Below are positions 7,271 through 15,852 of a stretch of 20,000 bases of DNA, piece after piece. The first letter of the stretch is position 1. Every line of letters begins with the position of its first letter. The position numbers and the translations under genes were made by a program. The notes under the pieces are model-generated. The model saw only the letters and a list, made by a program, of their open reading frames with translations. It had not been told where the DNA came from and ran no database searches. The DNA is from an uncultured virus (IMG/VR IMGVR_UViG_3300025530_000008) (taxonomy: Duplodnaviria; Heunggongvirae; Uroviricota; Caudoviricetes; Herelleviridae): IMG/VR virus record IMGVR_UViG_3300025530_000008. One strand, written 5' to 3'.

Positions 7271-8776
7271 ATGTTGGGTGTTATGGACCCGCAAGTTACC
7301 GAAGGCTTCGGTGTATCGTCGGTAGAACAACTCGACGAGCTTCAGAAGGCCCTCGGTACTGGTCAGGATGGCGAAGCATATGGCAATGGTGCCTATGCTG
7401 ACATGTCCGCTATCCGTCCGCAGTCGCTTGAAGGTACGCTCAAGGTCGTGACTGCGAAAGACCAGCACATCAAGTTCTGGAAATCTATCGGCAAGAAGAA
7501 AGCATTCAACACGGTCGAAGAATTCAACGTATTGGACAGCTACGGTGGGGATTCGTCTCCGTTCTTCGTTGAAGGCGGCCTGCCGAACGAAGAAGATTCG
7601 AACTTCATCCGCCAAGCGCAATACGTGAAGTATCTCGGTACGACTCGTGTTATCACGCATCCGGCAACGCTGGTGCGCAACACGATCGGTGATATCGTAG
7701 CGCAACAAACGCGCGACGGTACGCAATGGCTGCTGATGCAACTGGAGCGTGCCCTGTACTTCGCGGATTCTTCGTTGAACCCGCTGGCATTCGACGGTGT
7801 CATTGCGCAAGTGAAGAACTTCGTCGCAGGCAAGCCGTATGAAAACCAACACATCATCGACATGCGGGGCAACCCGCTGGATGAATTCACACTGGAAGAC
7901 ATCGCGACGATCGTACTGGACAACTACGGCAACCCGAGCCTCGAGCTGCACATGACCAACCAAGTGCACAAGGACCTGTCGAAGATCGTCCTCGGTACGA
8001 CGGCGAACGGCGTGTACAACGGCCGTCAGCGTGTCGACAATCCGGGTGAAGGCATCCGACTCGGTCAGCCGGTAACCGGCTATCAAGCAAACGCGGCCTC
8101 GATCCAGTTCGTCAACAACATCTTCCTGAAGCCGCTGGGCGCACCGAAAGCTGCTTCGCAAAAAGGCGCACCGGCTGTTCCGACCATCACGGGTATCGCT
8201 GCACCGGTTGACGCTGTGGAAGATGCGACGAGCAAGATGACGGCCGGCACGTATCACTACTTCGTGTCCGCAGTCAACAGCCAAGGCGAATCCGCACCGG
8301 TTTACGCTGGCAGCGTAGCTGTCGCATCCGGCCAACGTGCAGACATCACGATCAACCGGGTAGTCACCGACCCGGCGGCACTGACGTACCGCGTATATCG
8401 AGGCGTAACGAGCAACGCTTCCGAAGCGCAATTCGCTTTCGAAGTGAAGGATGTAGGCGGTACGGAGCCGACGCAAGTGATCTCGGACCGGAACTTCGAC
8501 ATTCCGGGCACGCATACGGCAATCCTGATCGACAACGATCCCGACCAAGTGCTGTGCTTCAAACAGCTTGCACCGCTCATGAAGATGCCGCTGGCGCGCA
8601 TCAGCGCTTCGGAACGCTTCATGATCCTGCTGTACGGCATGGTTCAGGTCTACAACCCGCGCCGGATCGTCGTCATCAAGAACATCGGCGTGCAAGGCAT
8701 CAACAGCAACCGTCCGCTGTTCGGTCCGACCTACGGTGCGACGAGCTTCGGCACGATCAAGCCCGTTGCGCGCTAA
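7271..8776 (+). CDS. Major capsid protein, SPO1/Twort/A511-like (501 aa precursor)
   Basis: SD AAAGGGGAG. The N-terminus ELQKALGTG...AIRPQSLEGTLK and motifs such as VEEF and LERALYFADS resemble Herelleviridae capsid proteins. There is a beta-rich insertion (YHYFVSAVNSQGESAP), and the gene follows the protease/scaffold. Confidence 0.9.
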   Translation: MLGVMDPQVTEGFGVSSVEQLDELQKALGTGQDGEAYGNGAYADMSAIRPQSLEGTLKVVTAKDQHIKFWKSIGKKKAFNTVEEFNVLDSYGGDSSPFFVEGGLPNEEDSNFIRQAQYVKYLGTTRVITHPATLVRNTIGDIVAQQTRDGTQWLLMQLERALYFADSSLNPLAFDGVIAQVKNFVAGKPYENQHIIDMRGNPLDEFTLEDIATIVLDNYGNPSLELHMTNQVHKDLSKIVLGTTANGVYNGRQRVDNPGEGIRLGQPVTGYQANAASIQFVNNIFLKPLGAPKAASQKGAPAVPTITGIAAPVDAVEDATSKMTAGTYHYFVSAVNSQGESAPVYAGSVAVASGQRADITINRVVTDPAALTYRVYRGVTSNASEAQFAFEVKDVGGTEPTQVISDRNFDIPGTHTAILIDNDPDQVLCFKQLAPLMKMPLARISASERFMILLYGMVQVYNPRRIVVIKNIGVQGINSNRPLFGPTYGATSFGTIKPVAR

Positions 8777-8792
8777 GCCGCAGACATCTACA

Positions 8793-8830
8793 GAGAGGAA
8801 GGGCAGGGCTCCGTCCAAGCCCTTCCTTTC
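8793..8830 (+). terminator. Stem-loop after the capsid gene (probable terminator/attenuator)
   Basis: GAGAGGAAGGGC (8793-8804) pairs with GCCCTTCCTTTC (8819-8830). The position after the major capsid gene is typical. Confidence 0.55.
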
Positions 8831-8864
8831 GACTATTATCAAGCATTTAAGGAGCTGAATCGCT

Positions 8865-9422
8865 ATGTCGGCTATCAAAGTCAGAAAGATCGTCGGCCGG
8901 TTCCCGGAGACGGTCAAGATTTGTGGAGAGCTCGTGGTGTTCAGCGAGAACGGCGTCGCTTCTGTTTCGGAAAAGGTTGCCGAGTTCTTGAAGGAGCACC
9001 TGTCGCATGAATACCTGTTCGCCAATGAAGATGGCACGTTCCCGGCGCCGGAAGAAGCTGCATCGGCAGCCGCAGCACCGAAAGTGGTCTCGGACGAGGA
9101 ACGCGACCTGCGCGGCGAACTGGCGCGCGCGAGGGCAGCCAACGCTGACCTTACGGCTGAGCTTCAGAAGGCACAAGAGAAAATTAAGGCACTGGAGGCA
9201 GAGGTTGCGGAGCTGAAGAAAGCTGCTGAAGCTGCTGAAGCTGCTGAAGCTGCTGAAGCTGCTGAAGCTGCTGAAGCTGCTGAAGCTGCTGAAGCTGCTG
9301 AAGCTGCTGAAGCTTCTTCGACCTTGCCCGCAGCACCGGCAGCACCGGCAGCACCGGCAGCACCGGCAGCACCCACGCGCCGCACGCCGGCCAAACCGGC
9401 AGCCCCGAAGAAGGAGGGGTAA
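8865..9422 (+). CDS. Hypothetical head-associated protein with coiled coil and (AAE)10/(PAA)n low-complexity tail
   Basis: SD AAGGAG, 185 aa, located between the capsid and neck genes. Confidence 0.75.
   Translation: MSAIKVRKIVGRFPETVKICGELVVFSENGVASVSEKVAEFLKEHLSHEYLFANEDGTFPAPEEAASAAAAPKVVSDEERDLRGELARARAANADLTAELQKAQEKIKALEAEVAELKKAAEAAEAAEAAEAAEAAEAAEAAEAAEAAEASSTLPAAPAAPAAPAAPAAPTRRTPAKPAAPKKEG
9222..9311 (+). repeat. Perfect 9-bp tandem repeat GCTGCTGAA x10
   Basis: Directly visible; encodes (AAE)10. Confidence 0.97.
9330..9374 (+). repeat. 9-bp tandem repeat GCAGCACCG x5 (last copy ends in C)
   Basis: Directly visible; encodes (AAP)5. Confidence 0.95.
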
Positions 9423-9425
9423 TAC

Positions 9426-9698
9426 ATGCCTGTATTTGGCTTCCGAAGTCATGCCGTGTTCGAGGGCGTAACCGAAGGCGTACTCGACTCGCACGGCGCC
9501 TATCTGTACGCGGAAGTGACCAATGACGGACAATCGGATGTCTACTTCTTCCCGAATCCGATCCTCCCGAGTGGCATAGCGAACCCGGCTGTTCCGGCCG
9601 GCATCCCGATTAAGGCCGGAACGACGCGGGCAATTCCGATGTCGCTGTACACCTTCAAAGCGAGTGGTCCGGTCACGGTGGTCGCTTACCGCTCGTAA
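9426..9698 (+). CDS. Small beta-rich virion protein (90 aa), possibly head decoration
   Basis: SD AAGGAGGG, with ATG 3 nt after the upstream stop. Function is inferred only from position and composition. Confidence 0.7.
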   Translation: MPVFGFRSHAVFEGVTEGVLDSHGAYLYAEVTNDGQSDVYFFPNPILPSGIANPAVPAGIPIKAGTTRAIPMSLYTFKASGPVTVVAYRS

Positions 9699-9710
9699 GG
9701 AGTGGACCCT

Positions 9711-10613
9711 ATGCCGAAGTACACGAAAGTTGTTCCGTACTGGGAAGTCGAGGAAATCGACGACGGACAGGGCGGGACGATCAAAAAGTATAAGTCCACG
9801 ACGAACCTTCCGAGCCCGGACGACGTTCGCCGGCAGTGGTGCTTCGGCCTTCCGCTGGCTACCGAAGACGGAACGCCGATGACGGACGAGGACATCATCT
9901 CCTTTATGAACGGCGCAATCGCCCGCATGGAGCGTGAGCTGGGAGTCTTCCTAAAGCCGACGATTATCGCGTGCAACGGCGAGATGCGCGGGCTCGAGCC
10001 CGGCGTGGACTTCGACATCGAGGAACCGCCGTATGATTACGACTACAAGCAGTGGTTCAACTACGGATTCCTCCAACTGCGGCATCGTCCGGTCATCGAG
10101 CTGCACGAGTTCAAGCTGATACTTCCAAATAACCAGATCATCTTCGACTTCATGACGAAGCCGGAGTGGCTGAAGACCAACCCGCGCTCCGGGCAAGTCA
10201 GGATTGTGCCGTATGCCGGCGATCCGACGATCTTCAGCCTTGCAGGATCGTCGCTTTCCGGCTATCCGTTCTTGACCGGATTGATTCAGACGAACGTGCC
10301 ACAGATGATCTTCGCCTCGTATGTCGCAGGCTTCGAGCTCGGCCAGATTCCGAGTGACATCGTTACGGCTGTCGGCAAGATGGCAGCTATCGACATTCTG
10401 GGCGTCGCTGGCGACGCCGTCATGGTCGGTATTGCCGGCATGTCGACATCCATCGACGGTCTGAGCGAGTCCGTCAGCCTGACGGCATCCGCAACGTCAG
10501 CCACCTACGGCGCGCACATCAAACAGTTGCAGGACGAAGTGAAGGACTTCTTCAGCGCGAAATCCGGCAACATCCGGTCTGCGGTGCGCGGCGTCACGTT
10601 TACCGTACTGTAA
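9711..10613 (+). CDS. Head-tail adaptor/neck protein (300 aa)
   Basis: SD AAGGAG at 9697-9702 favours ATG 9711. Motifs EPPYDYD, FLQLRHRPV, PQMIFASYVAG, GIAGMSTSIDGLSES and SATYGAHIKQL resemble the first neck protein of SPO1/Twort-like phages. Confidence 0.75.
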   Translation: MPKYTKVVPYWEVEEIDDGQGGTIKKYKSTTNLPSPDDVRRQWCFGLPLATEDGTPMTDEDIISFMNGAIARMERELGVFLKPTIIACNGEMRGLEPGVDFDIEEPPYDYDYKQWFNYGFLQLRHRPVIELHEFKLILPNNQIIFDFMTKPEWLKTNPRSGQVRIVPYAGDPTIFSLAGSSLSGYPFLTGLIQTNVPQMIFASYVAGFELGQIPSDIVTAVGKMAAIDILGVAGDAVMVGIAGMSTSIDGLSESVSLTASATSATYGAHIKQLQDEVKDFFSAKSGNIRSAVRGVTFTVL

Positions 10614-10627
10614 AGGAGGGATAAGCG

Positions 10628-11383
10628 GTGTCGGATGTGGGTAATGCAATTCGGAAGATACGCCTGCATGGCGACCGCTTCGAAGACCTTATCTATCGGC
10701 GCGGACGTGACGTGTTGTGGGAAGAAGGCATTCTGTGCTCGTGCTGGAACATGGACAGCCAGCAGCCGAGGTACGATTGCGCCGCCTGCAACGGCCGGGG
10801 ACGCATCTTCAAGCCGCCGGTACTGAGCCGGGTGCTGCTGACCAGCATCACGCAGAACGCCGAGTTCGAGGAAACGGCGGGTATGTTCCATGTCGGCGAC
10901 GCCGTCATGACGGTTCCGAAGTACATGTACAAGCGGAACGACGACGGAACGTTCAACATGAACGTAAAAGAGATCGTTCCGGCGTACAACGTCGGCATGT
11001 TCGACATCATCACCGTCACAGACGATGACTATAAATCTTCTGAAGTCCTGATCCGCAATCAGCCGATGTACCAGAGGCCGGCGGACACACTACTGAATGA
11101 TCACATCATCGACATTCAGGTCGTGCGCAAGACCGACCCGGTGACGGGAGAGATTATCGACTACGAGCCGGATGTCGACTACACACACGAGAACAACCGC
11201 ATCGTATGGCTGCCCGGCGGAAGATCGCCGGAAGATGGGGAGCAGTATAGCGTCACTTACCACCACAGGCCGTCATTCACGGTCCTGACAACACTTCCGA
11301 AGCCCCGCTATCAGGACGGCCAGCTTCTGCCGCGTTATGTGGTGCTGCGATACCGGGCGGCGGGTTTTGAGAAGCCGGTATGA
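10628..11383 (+). CDS. Head closure/neck protein with CxC...CxxC zinc-binding motif (251 aa)
   Basis: SD AAAGGAGG, GTG start. WEEGILCSC...CAACNGRG is typical of the second neck protein in this phage group. Confidence 0.75.
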   Translation: MSDVGNAIRKIRLHGDRFEDLIYRRGRDVLWEEGILCSCWNMDSQQPRYDCAACNGRGRIFKPPVLSRVLLTSITQNAEFEETAGMFHVGDAVMTVPKYMYKRNDDGTFNMNVKEIVPAYNVGMFDIITVTDDDYKSSEVLIRNQPMYQRPADTLLNDHIIDIQVVRKTDPVTGEIIDYEPDVDYTHENNRIVWLPGGRSPEDGEQYSVTYHHRPSFTVLTTLPKPRYQDGQLLPRYVVLRYRAAGFEKPV

Positions 11384-12231
11384 GCCTACTGACGATCTCC
11401 GCCGAGCTTCCGAATCTGGATACGATCATTTCGAATCTGGAATCGGCGGGCTCGAGCGGGCAAAAGCTCCCTTTTACCAAAGAGGCCATACGAGCAGCCA
11501 CGGTCGATGTCATTCAGCGCACGTGGATTCAGTACGCATCCGGCGCTTACGTCACGTACAGCGGTGGAAGCTTCCGCATCAACGTGGTGACCGGCGAATA
11601 TGTCCGCAGCATTCAGGACGGCGTTCGTTTTCCGAACGACCTGACGGGTGAAGTGTTCACGACCAGCCCGCACGGTGAGTCTATTGAGAAGGGGCAGCGC
11701 CCGCGGGATATGAAGCAAGCGCTGCTGTCCTCGCCGAAAGCGAAGAAGGGCAAGAACGGAAGCCGGTACATCACGATTCCGTTCCGGCACGGAACGCCCG
11801 GCGCGACGACAATTCCGGCTATGCCCCGGGCCGTTTATAACGCTGCCCGGCGGCTCGGCTACACCCGGCGGGAGCAGGGGTTGACTGGAGACGCCCGTGT
11901 TTATGTTTGGGGCGGACGGTACAGTCAGGGTGTGGAGCGCGACGCACAGTACGGCATGCGGACGCACATCGGCGCTCACCCGGGGGCCGGCTATCAGCAC
12001 AAAAGCGGTATCTATGAGGGCATGGTTCGCATGGGACGGCCGGGGCATTCGCAGTACATGACCTTCCGAAGGGTGTCGGATAAGTCCGACCCGCGGAGCT
12101 GGATGCATCCCGGAACGCCGCCGCGCCCGATCCGCGAAGCGGTTGTCGAGAATACGAAGGAAGAAGTGCTTCAGCTCATCCGGCGCGGATTCGAAATGGA
12201 CCTTTACTTTATGGGATTGGGGGGAAGCTGA
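11380..12231 (+). CDS. Basic neck/tail-completion protein (283 aa)
   Basis: ATGA overlap with the upstream gene. Motifs KKGKNGSRYITIPFRH and YMTFRRVSDKSDPRSWMHPG; synteny. Confidence 0.7.
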   Translation: MSLLTISAELPNLDTIISNLESAGSSGQKLPFTKEAIRAATVDVIQRTWIQYASGAYVTYSGGSFRINVVTGEYVRSIQDGVRFPNDLTGEVFTTSPHGESIEKGQRPRDMKQALLSSPKAKKGKNGSRYITIPFRHGTPGATTIPAMPRAVYNAARRLGYTRREQGLTGDARVYVWGGRYSQGVERDAQYGMRTHIGAHPGAGYQHKSGIYEGMVRMGRPGHSQYMTFRRVSDKSDPRSWMHPGTPPRPIREAVVENTKEEVLQLIRRGFEMDLYFMGLGGS

Positions 12232-12782
12232 TGGCTGACATTGAGTTCGACTACGCCACAATAGACGTGAAGCAGGAATTGGTCGACATTCTAAAAGCCC
12301 AGCTTCCGAAAAAGGGCTTCGGGGATGTCCGCGTCCTGAAGTCCGATCCTGCCCTACCAAGCGAGCTGCCATGCATTGGCATCAACCGAATATCCGACGA
12401 CGAAACGCAAATGTCCATCGGTGACAGCATCGGTGCTTCTTACGACGGAACTGGAGAGTTCCGGCACCAGCAGGGCACGTTCTTCAATGAGTCCATGGAA
12501 GTCCGCATCTGGCACACGAACGCCGACCAGCGCGACGCACTTTACCTTACACTGCGCGCGATCCTGTTCGCGTTCCGGCTGCCGCTGGTTGAGAAAGGGC
12601 TTCGTAATGTCACGCTTCGCATGGGCAGGGACGAGCAGGACAGCACCATGCAGTTTGCTCCGAGCGTTATCTACTGGAGCACCATTACCCTGACTTATGC
12701 GAATCCGCTCAACGTCGATATCATCGAAGATGTCGAGCCGATCTCGGCGGTCATCGATAATGGCACTGTGGAAGGAGGATGA
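12231..12782 (+). CDS. Probable tail terminator/tail completion protein (183 aa)
   Basis: TGATG overlap, acidic composition, LPCIGINRISDDE motif, and position just before the sheath gene. Confidence 0.65.
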   Translation: MADIEFDYATIDVKQELVDILKAQLPKKGFGDVRVLKSDPALPSELPCIGINRISDDETQMSIGDSIGASYDGTGEFRHQQGTFFNESMEVRIWHTNADQRDALYLTLRAILFAFRLPLVEKGLRNVTLRMGRDEQDSTMQFAPSVIYWSTITLTYANPLNVDIIEDVEPISAVIDNGTVEGG

Positions 12783-12787
12783 CGGAT

Positions 12788-13108
12788 ATGAGTAAGCGGA
12801 GCACGAAGACGCAGAAGGGCCAACAGCGCAAGGCTGTACAGGAGCCTGTAGCCGCAGAACTTCCGAAGGCGGAAGACAGCCCTCAGCCTTCCGAAGTGAA
12901 CGGAGGCGGGAGTAAATTAGCGTCGACGCAAGCTTCGGAAGACTGTAAAATTACGTTTGAAGGGTACTTGCGGCGGGTATCGGTACGCCCCGGACTGGTC
13001 GCAAGCTTCAAGGCGGAGGCTGCCAACACTCCGGGCGCGCTGGACCCGAAAACAGCGGAGGAATGGGCCGCAGCCTTCGAAAAGCAAGCAAAACGGGTGT
13101 ATCCGTAA
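12788..13108 (+). CDS. Hypothetical protein (106 aa) preceding the sheath gene
   Basis: SD AAGGAGG at 12772-12778 favours ATG 12788 over 12779. Disordered N-half and helical C-half. Confidence 0.65.
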   Translation: MSKRSTKTQKGQQRKAVQEPVAAELPKAEDSPQPSEVNGGGSKLASTQASEDCKITFEGYLRRVSVRPGLVASFKAEAANTPGALDPKTAEEWAAAFEKQAKRVYP

Positions 13109-13132
13109 AGTCCGTAAAGGAGGGTATCAGCT

Positions 13133-14521
13133 ATGGCAATCAACATCTCGTTTGGCGGAACGACCATCCAGCGCCCGGGTGCTTTTGCGATTGTGGATAC
13201 AGCGAACATGGTTCCGGTCTCGCTGGGCGCACTCCGCAGTTTGGCCGTAATCGGCGTGATGGATGAGTCCGCCTCGCTGGCGCCGGGTCGTGCCTACGCC
13301 TTCACGGAGCCTTCCGAAGCGCGTAAAGCGCTGACGCAGGGCGAGCTGCTGGATGTGATGTACACCGCATGGCAGCATGGCGCCAACCTGATCTACGTTG
13401 TGCCGGTAAACAAACCGGTAGCCGCCAGCATCACGCTGAAGGACAACGACGAAGAATCCCCGGCCGATGTACTGAAGCTGACGGCACGTGCCCATGGCAC
13501 GAAAGGCAACGGCATCACGGTGGAAGTCGCAAACAACGACCTTATCGTGGCGTTCGACGGGAGGTCGGAGTCCTACGATGCGACGAAGACGGTTGAAGAA
13601 CTTGCAGCACTCGTCAACGCCAGCAGCGCGCTCGTAACGGCTGAAGTGGTTGGTTCCGGTACCGCAGTTCTCGGCACGCTGGCCGAAACGAATCTGTCGG
13701 GTGGCGGCGCAGGCGCACCGGTCACGGACAGCGACTGGGAAGAAGCGCTGGAAGTGCTCGAGCAGATCGAAGTGGACGGCCTGATCCCGGTCACGACAGC
13801 ACAAGCCATTCAGGCGAAGGTCGATGCGCATGTACAGGCTATGTCGAACATCCACAACCGCCGTCGTCGCCGGGCATTCTACGGCCACGCTGTAGGCGAG
13901 TCCATTGAAAACATCAAGAATCTTGCTGCTGCGCTGAATAACGAACGCGCGCTGCTGGCCACGCCTTGTCCGATGGTAGCGGACTCCAGCGGCAACCGAG
14001 TAACGAAGCCGTCGTACTACACGGCAGCGGCCGTAGCCGGTATTTGGTCCGGTCAAGAGCCGCAGGAGCCTGTTACCTATAAGGCGGTCAAGTTCGCAGG
14101 GCTCGAGAAGCAGTACAAGCCGACGGAAATCGTCGAACTTCTGAATGCGCACGTCTGCGTCGTCGAAGTGGTGAAGAACGGCGGATACCGGATCGTGCAG
14201 GGCATTACGACTTCGTCCTCGGCCGACCTGACGCAAGCTGAACTGTCGGTATCGACGCTGAAGGACATTATGTCCGAAAATCTTGAAACGCACTTCGAGA
14301 ACAAGTACGTCGGCAAAGCTGGCGTCCGCGGCGTCGAAATCACGATGTACAACGATCTGGTATCGATGCTGGAGCAGTTCGTATCGAGCGGCCTGATTGC
14401 CGGATACGTTGCGGATTCCGTCAAAGTCACGCGGAACGGTACGACGTTTAATCTGGAATGGCAGGGCACGCCGACGCTCCCGATCAACAACTTCCTCATC
14501 ACGACCAGCCTGACCCTGTAA
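13133..14521 (+). CDS. Contractile tail sheath protein (462 aa)
   Basis: SD AAAGGAGGG. N-terminal FGGTTIQRPG; ARAHGTKGNGITVEV, NLSGG, AAAVAG...EPVTYK and YRIVQGITT are sheath-type motifs. Confidence 0.9.
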   Translation: MAINISFGGTTIQRPGAFAIVDTANMVPVSLGALRSLAVIGVMDESASLAPGRAYAFTEPSEARKALTQGELLDVMYTAWQHGANLIYVVPVNKPVAASITLKDNDEESPADVLKLTARAHGTKGNGITVEVANNDLIVAFDGRSESYDATKTVEELAALVNASSALVTAEVVGSGTAVLGTLAETNLSGGGAGAPVTDSDWEEALEVLEQIEVDGLIPVTTAQAIQAKVDAHVQAMSNIHNRRRRRAFYGHAVGESIENIKNLAAALNNERALLATPCPMVADSSGNRVTKPSYYTAAAVAGIWSGQEPQEPVTYKAVKFAGLEKQYKPTEIVELLNAHVCVVEVVKNGGYRIVQGITTSSSADLTQAELSVSTLKDIMSENLETHFENKYVGKAGVRGVEITMYNDLVSMLEQFVSSGLIAGYVADSVKVTRNGTTFNLEWQGTPTLPINNFLITTSLTL

Positions 14522-14564
14522 TGAGTCGGCTGGAACCTATACCATGTAAAGGGGGAAGCAGGAA

Positions 14565-15002
14565 ATGGCAAGCGTAAATCAGCAATCGGTGCACTCCGGC
14601 CACACAATTCGCCTGAAGGTAAACGGGCAGGAGATCGGACGCGCCCAGTCGATCAGCGGCCGGCGCTCGTTCGGCGTTGAGGGTGTGTACGAAATCGGCT
14701 CCATCATGCCGAACGAGCACGTGGCACTCCGGTATGACGGATCGGTGACGCTGGAAAAGTACCGCATCCGCCAACGCTCGCTGAAGCAACTGGGTCTGGC
14801 CGCCCTCGGTATCGGTATCCTGCAAATGGGCGTCATCGACATCGAGGTTACGGACATCTACACCGGAGAAATCGTCATGGTCTACCGGGGATGTACGCTC
14901 GCAGAAAGCTCCGAGGACTTCCGGGCGAACGCGTTCGCCGGCGAGCAGGCAACGTGGTACTACCTGTCGGCTGACCAAGGCGTCGCCGAAACGGTAGCGT
15001 AA
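14565..15002 (+). CDS. Tail tube protein (145 aa)
   Basis: MASVNQQSVHSGHTI...IGRAQSISGRRSFGVEGVYEIGSIMPNEHVALRYDGSVTL closely resembles Herelleviridae tube proteins; follows the sheath gene. Confidence 0.9.
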   Translation: MASVNQQSVHSGHTIRLKVNGQEIGRAQSISGRRSFGVEGVYEIGSIMPNEHVALRYDGSVTLEKYRIRQRSLKQLGLAALGIGILQMGVIDIEVTDIYTGEIVMVYRGCTLAESSEDFRANAFAGEQATWYYLSADQGVAETVA

Positions 15003-15023
15003 CGATCAATCTTCCGAAGACCG

Positions 15024-15060
15024 AAACATCTCCTATCCGTTTGGGTGGGAGATGTTTTAT
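15024..15060 (+). terminator. Intrinsic terminator after the tail tube gene
   Basis: AAACATCTCCTATCC (15024-15038) / GGGTGGGAGATGTTT (15043-15057), with a GTTT loop and a TTTTAT tail. Confidence 0.75.
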
Positions 15061-15077
15061 AATTGGAGAGAAATCAT

Positions 15078-15596
15078 ATGAAAGGGATGGTAAAGGTGAA
15101 AAACGAGGTTTATCAAGAAAACATGGAGAAGGTCAAGGCGCTCATGGAGGCCCAAAAGAACGTTCAGCTCGCCGGAAACCTTCGGAAGACGGTACATATC
15201 GACTTCACATCTCCCGAAGGCAACACGTACAAAGGCGACGTGACGTTCAAGCGCCTTACGGTAGGCGACATGCTGCGCGTGGAAGCGCTCGTGGCTGAGT
15301 ACTTCCGAAAGGCGGGCGTGACCGACATCCGCTTCATCGACGAGAATGCGAAGTTCCACGCGCGTGTCATGGCAACGCTCCGCGTCGCTATGGTGGATAT
15401 GCCGGACTGGCTGCGCGACATGGAAAAGTTGACGGAAATTGAGATCATCTACCATGTGTACGGCCAGTACCGTAACTGGGAGGACTCCTTTCTCGTCCGA
15501 AGTGCAGCAACTGCTTCCGATGATGGTTCGGATTCCGAAGGAGCGGAAGCTTTGGATGCTTCGGAAGCATCTGTACGGGGGAATTCCGCCGACTGA
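15078..15596 (+). CDS. Tail assembly chaperone (short form)
   Basis: Lies between the tube and tape measure genes. SD GGAGAG precedes ATG 15078, although the exact start is uncertain. Contains the PDWL...YGQYRNWEDSF pattern. Confidence 0.75.
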   Translation: MKGMVKVKNEVYQENMEKVKALMEAQKNVQLAGNLRKTVHIDFTSPEGNTYKGDVTFKRLTVGDMLRVEALVAEYFRKAGVTDIRFIDENAKFHARVMATLRVAMVDMPDWLRDMEKLTEIEIIYHVYGQYRNWEDSFLVRSAATASDDGSDSEGAEALDASEASVRGNSAD

Positions 15597-15813
15597 TCCG
15601 CGCATTCTGGCCATGACGGACGAGCAGATCGAGCTCGAATTTGCGCACTTAGAGCTCGACCAGATGCTGCGCAACAGCGCAAAAGAAATCTTTACAGACC
15701 CGACCTACGAAGAATACGAAAAGCAGGTTGAGGCTGAAGAATCCGGGGCGAACAGCGTGCCAGAGCTGGACAGCTCCGATACAGACGATAGTGACGACTG
15801 GGAAGACGTGTAG
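15490..15813 (+). CDS. Tail assembly chaperone C-terminal extension, probably reached by +1 frameshift
   Basis: Overlapping +1-frame ORF with no recognisable SD. Contains IPPTDPRILAMTDEQIELEF and an acidic DDWEDV end. Candidate shift site TCC TTT C at 15486-15492. Confidence 0.65.
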   Translation, partial: FSSEVQQLLPMMVRIPKERKLWMLRKHLYGGIPPTDPRILAMTDEQIELEFAHLELDQMLRNSAKEIFTDPTYEEYEKQVEAEESGANSVPELDSSDTDDSDDWEDV

Positions 15814-15852
15814 AGCTGGCGCCTTCCCAGTCCCTTGCAGGGGGTGTTCTCC

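Noticed and set aside
7247..9142. 631-aa minus-strand ORF, and other long antisense ORFs (3713-4672, 5570-6460, 11386-12372, 13127-14293, 18955-19818)
   Set aside because: These are shadow ORFs opposite well-supported genes, expected from GC-rich codon bias. They show no recognisable motifs.
9222..9374. Tandem repeats as a CRISPR array
   Set aside because: The 9-bp units are head-to-tail without spacers and lie in frame within a CDS.
13102..13119. Direct repeat TCCGTAAAG x2 before the sheath RBS
   Set aside because: A single 9-bp duplication spanning a stop codon and SD, most simply a slippage relic. No evidence of function.
7271..15002. Tailocin/eCIS or gene transfer agent interpretation
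   Set aside because: Capsid, protease and neck genes of large-myovirus type are present with the sheath and tube, which fits a true phage.
15058..15063. Perfect TATAAT upstream of the chaperone gene
   Set aside because: No -35 at 16-18 bp spacing and no correctly placed TG extension. It overlaps the terminator U-tract, so it is not supportable as a promoter.
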